Origin: Diadema antillarum
Taxonomy: Eukaryota
Direction of reading: 5' to 3'
Length of the DNA: 64,000 nt
NCBI RefSeq assembly: GCF_040938485.1
Contig: NW_027272008.1
Span: forward strand, 124,001 to 188,000
Within the stretch, counting starts at the first letter, position 1; every line of letters starts with the position of its first letter. Under the pieces are notes generated by a model. That model saw only the letters and a list, made by a program, of their open reading frames with translations, had not been told where the DNA came from and did no database searches. Below, piece by piece: positions 63,801 to 64,000 of the stretch. A program made the translations under genes and the position numbers.

Positions 63801-64000
63801 CATGATGTACTATATTTAAAGTAGTCCTCATTAAACTGGCTTTCATCACCAATATTAAAAGATGTTTTTCAACAATGATAGATTTAAAAGAATTAAGGGA
63901 ATGAATAATTTGGTAGAATATTCATGCATAATTACATCATGACATGGTGTGTATTGTTGCATTTCAGTAAATTTATCGTGCCAGGTTCTGTGCGTGTGGG
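45693..64000 (+). CDS. GBA1: Lysosomal acid glucosylceramidase (GH30), copy B, 3' end beyond the window
   Basis: Exons 45693-45810, 53491-53694, 56043-56195, 56626-56759, 57622-57794, 58930-59167, 60455-60679, 61997-62160, 63968->64000; the eight complete exons match copy A in length and phase; GT-AG; no stops; both catalytic Glu motifs (QNEP, SEAC) intact. Confidence 0.92.
46118..46300. other. Assembly gap (183 N)
   Basis: N run. Confidence 1.
47806..48789 (-). CDS. DIRS ORF3, tyrosine recombinase
   Basis: 327 aa; catalytic set STQRVQTL (R), HLKQSRPG (K), HSTRAA (HxxR), AGW, RKFY (Y). Confidence 0.92.
   Translation of the reverse strand: MLQVLKLPFENSGMSSRTVDILAASWRASTQRQYCTYIRKWRKFCTLKKESHLHAKINFVLEFFTHMFYEENLSYSAINSARSALATFLVLEDEQFTVSTHPLLSRFMRGVFQLRPPRPRYSEIWDVNIVFRYLRSLAPANSLSLKQLTMKLCMLLALISTQRVQTLHCLNLDSMILKQSMVSFKVNEHLKQSRPGNFGLDVLLKAYPPDRRLCVVTYIKAYLRRTKEIRGEESHLFISFRKPFKRVTAQTISRWIKEIMTGAGIDTTMFSAHSTRAASSSAANRADAPIPLILAKAGWSKERTFRKFYDKPLQEEGQCLSQLIVRE
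48774..51026 (-). CDS. DIRS ORF2, reverse transcriptase-RNase H-DAM-like methyltransferase; frame open from 51026, first ATG only at 50309
   Basis: [14 protein letters not shown]-terminal motif, [70 protein letters not shown]. The track's 50639 start is TTG. Confidence 0.92.
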   Translation of the reverse strand, partial: EIYSSAVPPIQAHGQRWIQPEAISERRLARSWRYIQAFFRPAAAGIQTFSPAHADSPTSSSCAQPGAELLDSNPSQAKHCVTEKVTALPKEVSCRPSSCCGNTQSTHTVQSVFDIEHVDVPLDLPVGGRLRHFSKQWNHITTDPFILDAISGYKLEFQEAYSPPHRGKPPYHYRVGNAEESKIDIEIRKLAEKGVIEECQHVAGEFVSNIFTRPKKNGDIRLILDLSDLNDSLNVQHFKMDNIHTATTLISPGCYLASIDLRDAYYSVPVHPSYRKYLRFVWHEKCWQFKVLPNGLSTAPRLFTKLMKPVFAKLRQAGHLVVGYLDDTLIIGETESQALEAVQATTKLLSDLGFVIHSEKSILEPQQRLQFLGFILDSESMTITLPHEKCQNIRAVCAELLGKQNPTIRQVAQVIGKLIATFPAIQYGPLFYRNLERDKILALKSSKGHFDRPMNLSEASKQELMWWFNNIHCQSAPISRDRPALELRTDASGQGWGATDLSSETGGRWDDQEIVHALNNEINYLEILAAGLGLKSFCGHLHDTHVLIRTDNTTAVAYLNNMGGIKSRACDRAARDIWVWCKERNIWITAAYLPGRDNTEADRRSRHFNDRTEWMLNKKVFTDITKKCGTPQIDLFASRLNKQLPAYVTWLPDPDAVSVDAFTLNWGDLYFYAFPPFCLIPKCLQKIENDKAHGLLIVPNWPTQAWFPRMRRMLKDEPLLIPRHRNLITQPVSGEPHPLHACLDLLCCRF
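50771..52120 (-). CDS. DIRS ORF1, Gag-like protein
   Basis: 449 aa, ATG in good context (GGGATGG); coiled-coil-like [18 protein letters not shown]; [29 protein letters not shown] block typical of DIRS ORF1; lies between the 5' ITR and pol. Confidence 0.85.
   Translation of the reverse strand: MEIPLSAPPQHTAKPVVGGTTSTSALHTAKSVVAMVTTAVHHEPKCSPASIKAPTKKEGNGKTLKKPTKPGLSKKAAPPKEKTDAEVLSRLSKLESMFEKVMEILPSQPTRIQQQQLRAGHVGTACTAENHGGVPFGGMDVCATDDSTQARGTLHDDHGGSSYSGDECDFPAAAAGYAPAELTGRPVQVPSFAAKFAVSACVGDPINDELANSTNYLISHCLEEKSMEESAANYPAPSNCPNLLVPKVNPVIWDNVTQTTRSRDVKLQRVQKSLTRGLCAFLQTLPTDLNEAQQDALALLCNANYEMNCLRKELIKPDMNAAYAHLCKPTTPVTAFLFGDDLGQRVKDLKEENRAAFSVVKGQAKRSTHQPYHPYKRTASGGFSRKQYRNAGWLAAGDTSRPFLGQQQRGYRHSAPHTQTRPPPAHAHNRGQSYSTATPAKPNTVSRRK
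55403..55519. mobile_element. ~120-bp Harbinger-like MITE with CTG target duplication
   Basis: CTG|GGCCCCGTTTTAT...AAAACAGGGCC|CTG. Confidence 0.65.
59645..59804. other. Assembly gap (160 N)
   Basis: N run. Confidence 1.
60991..61279. mobile_element. Foldback-like MITE built from inverted arrays of TTCGTTATTCCGAA
   Basis: Several direct copies of GTTCGTTATTCCGAAG on the left and their reverse complements (TTCGGAATAACGAAC) on the right. Confidence 0.7.
61630..61900. repeat. Degenerate CACAGTGTG/CACACTGTG minisatellite with inverted halves
   Basis: Read directly; GBA copy B intron 7. Confidence 0.65.

Noticed and set aside
45693-64000. GBA copy B as a pseudogene like human GBAP1
   Set aside because: All visible exons are in frame with intact splice sites and catalytic residues; only the unseen last exons could change this.

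Overview
Intron-rich, AT-rich animal genomic DNA, probably echinoderm/sea-urchin-like (inferred from repeat types and gene style only), with three sized N-gaps. Left to right: the first two coding exons of a TNF-receptor (TNFRSF19/EDA2R-like) gene on the minus strand that the ORF track misses; a complete 4-exon ABHD8-like hydrolase (+); a complete 10-exon glucosylceramidase GBA copy A (-); a 6-exon gamma-butyrobetaine dioxygenase-like gene (+); and a second, inverted GBA copy B (+) running off the right edge. Intron 1 of copy B holds an intact ~5 kb DIRS1-type tyrosine-recombinase retrotransposon nested in a Harbinger-like non-autonomous element. Top leads: (1) the DIRS sequence points to a combined -1 frameshift plus splicing scheme that would fuse Gag either to RT/RNaseH/MT or to the recombinase; (2) GBA copy B has a cluster of purely non-synonymous changes in the active-site loop (QNYV to HGHA), while some other exons are identical to copy A. 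All exon boundaries and translations were worked out by hand; no searches were run.
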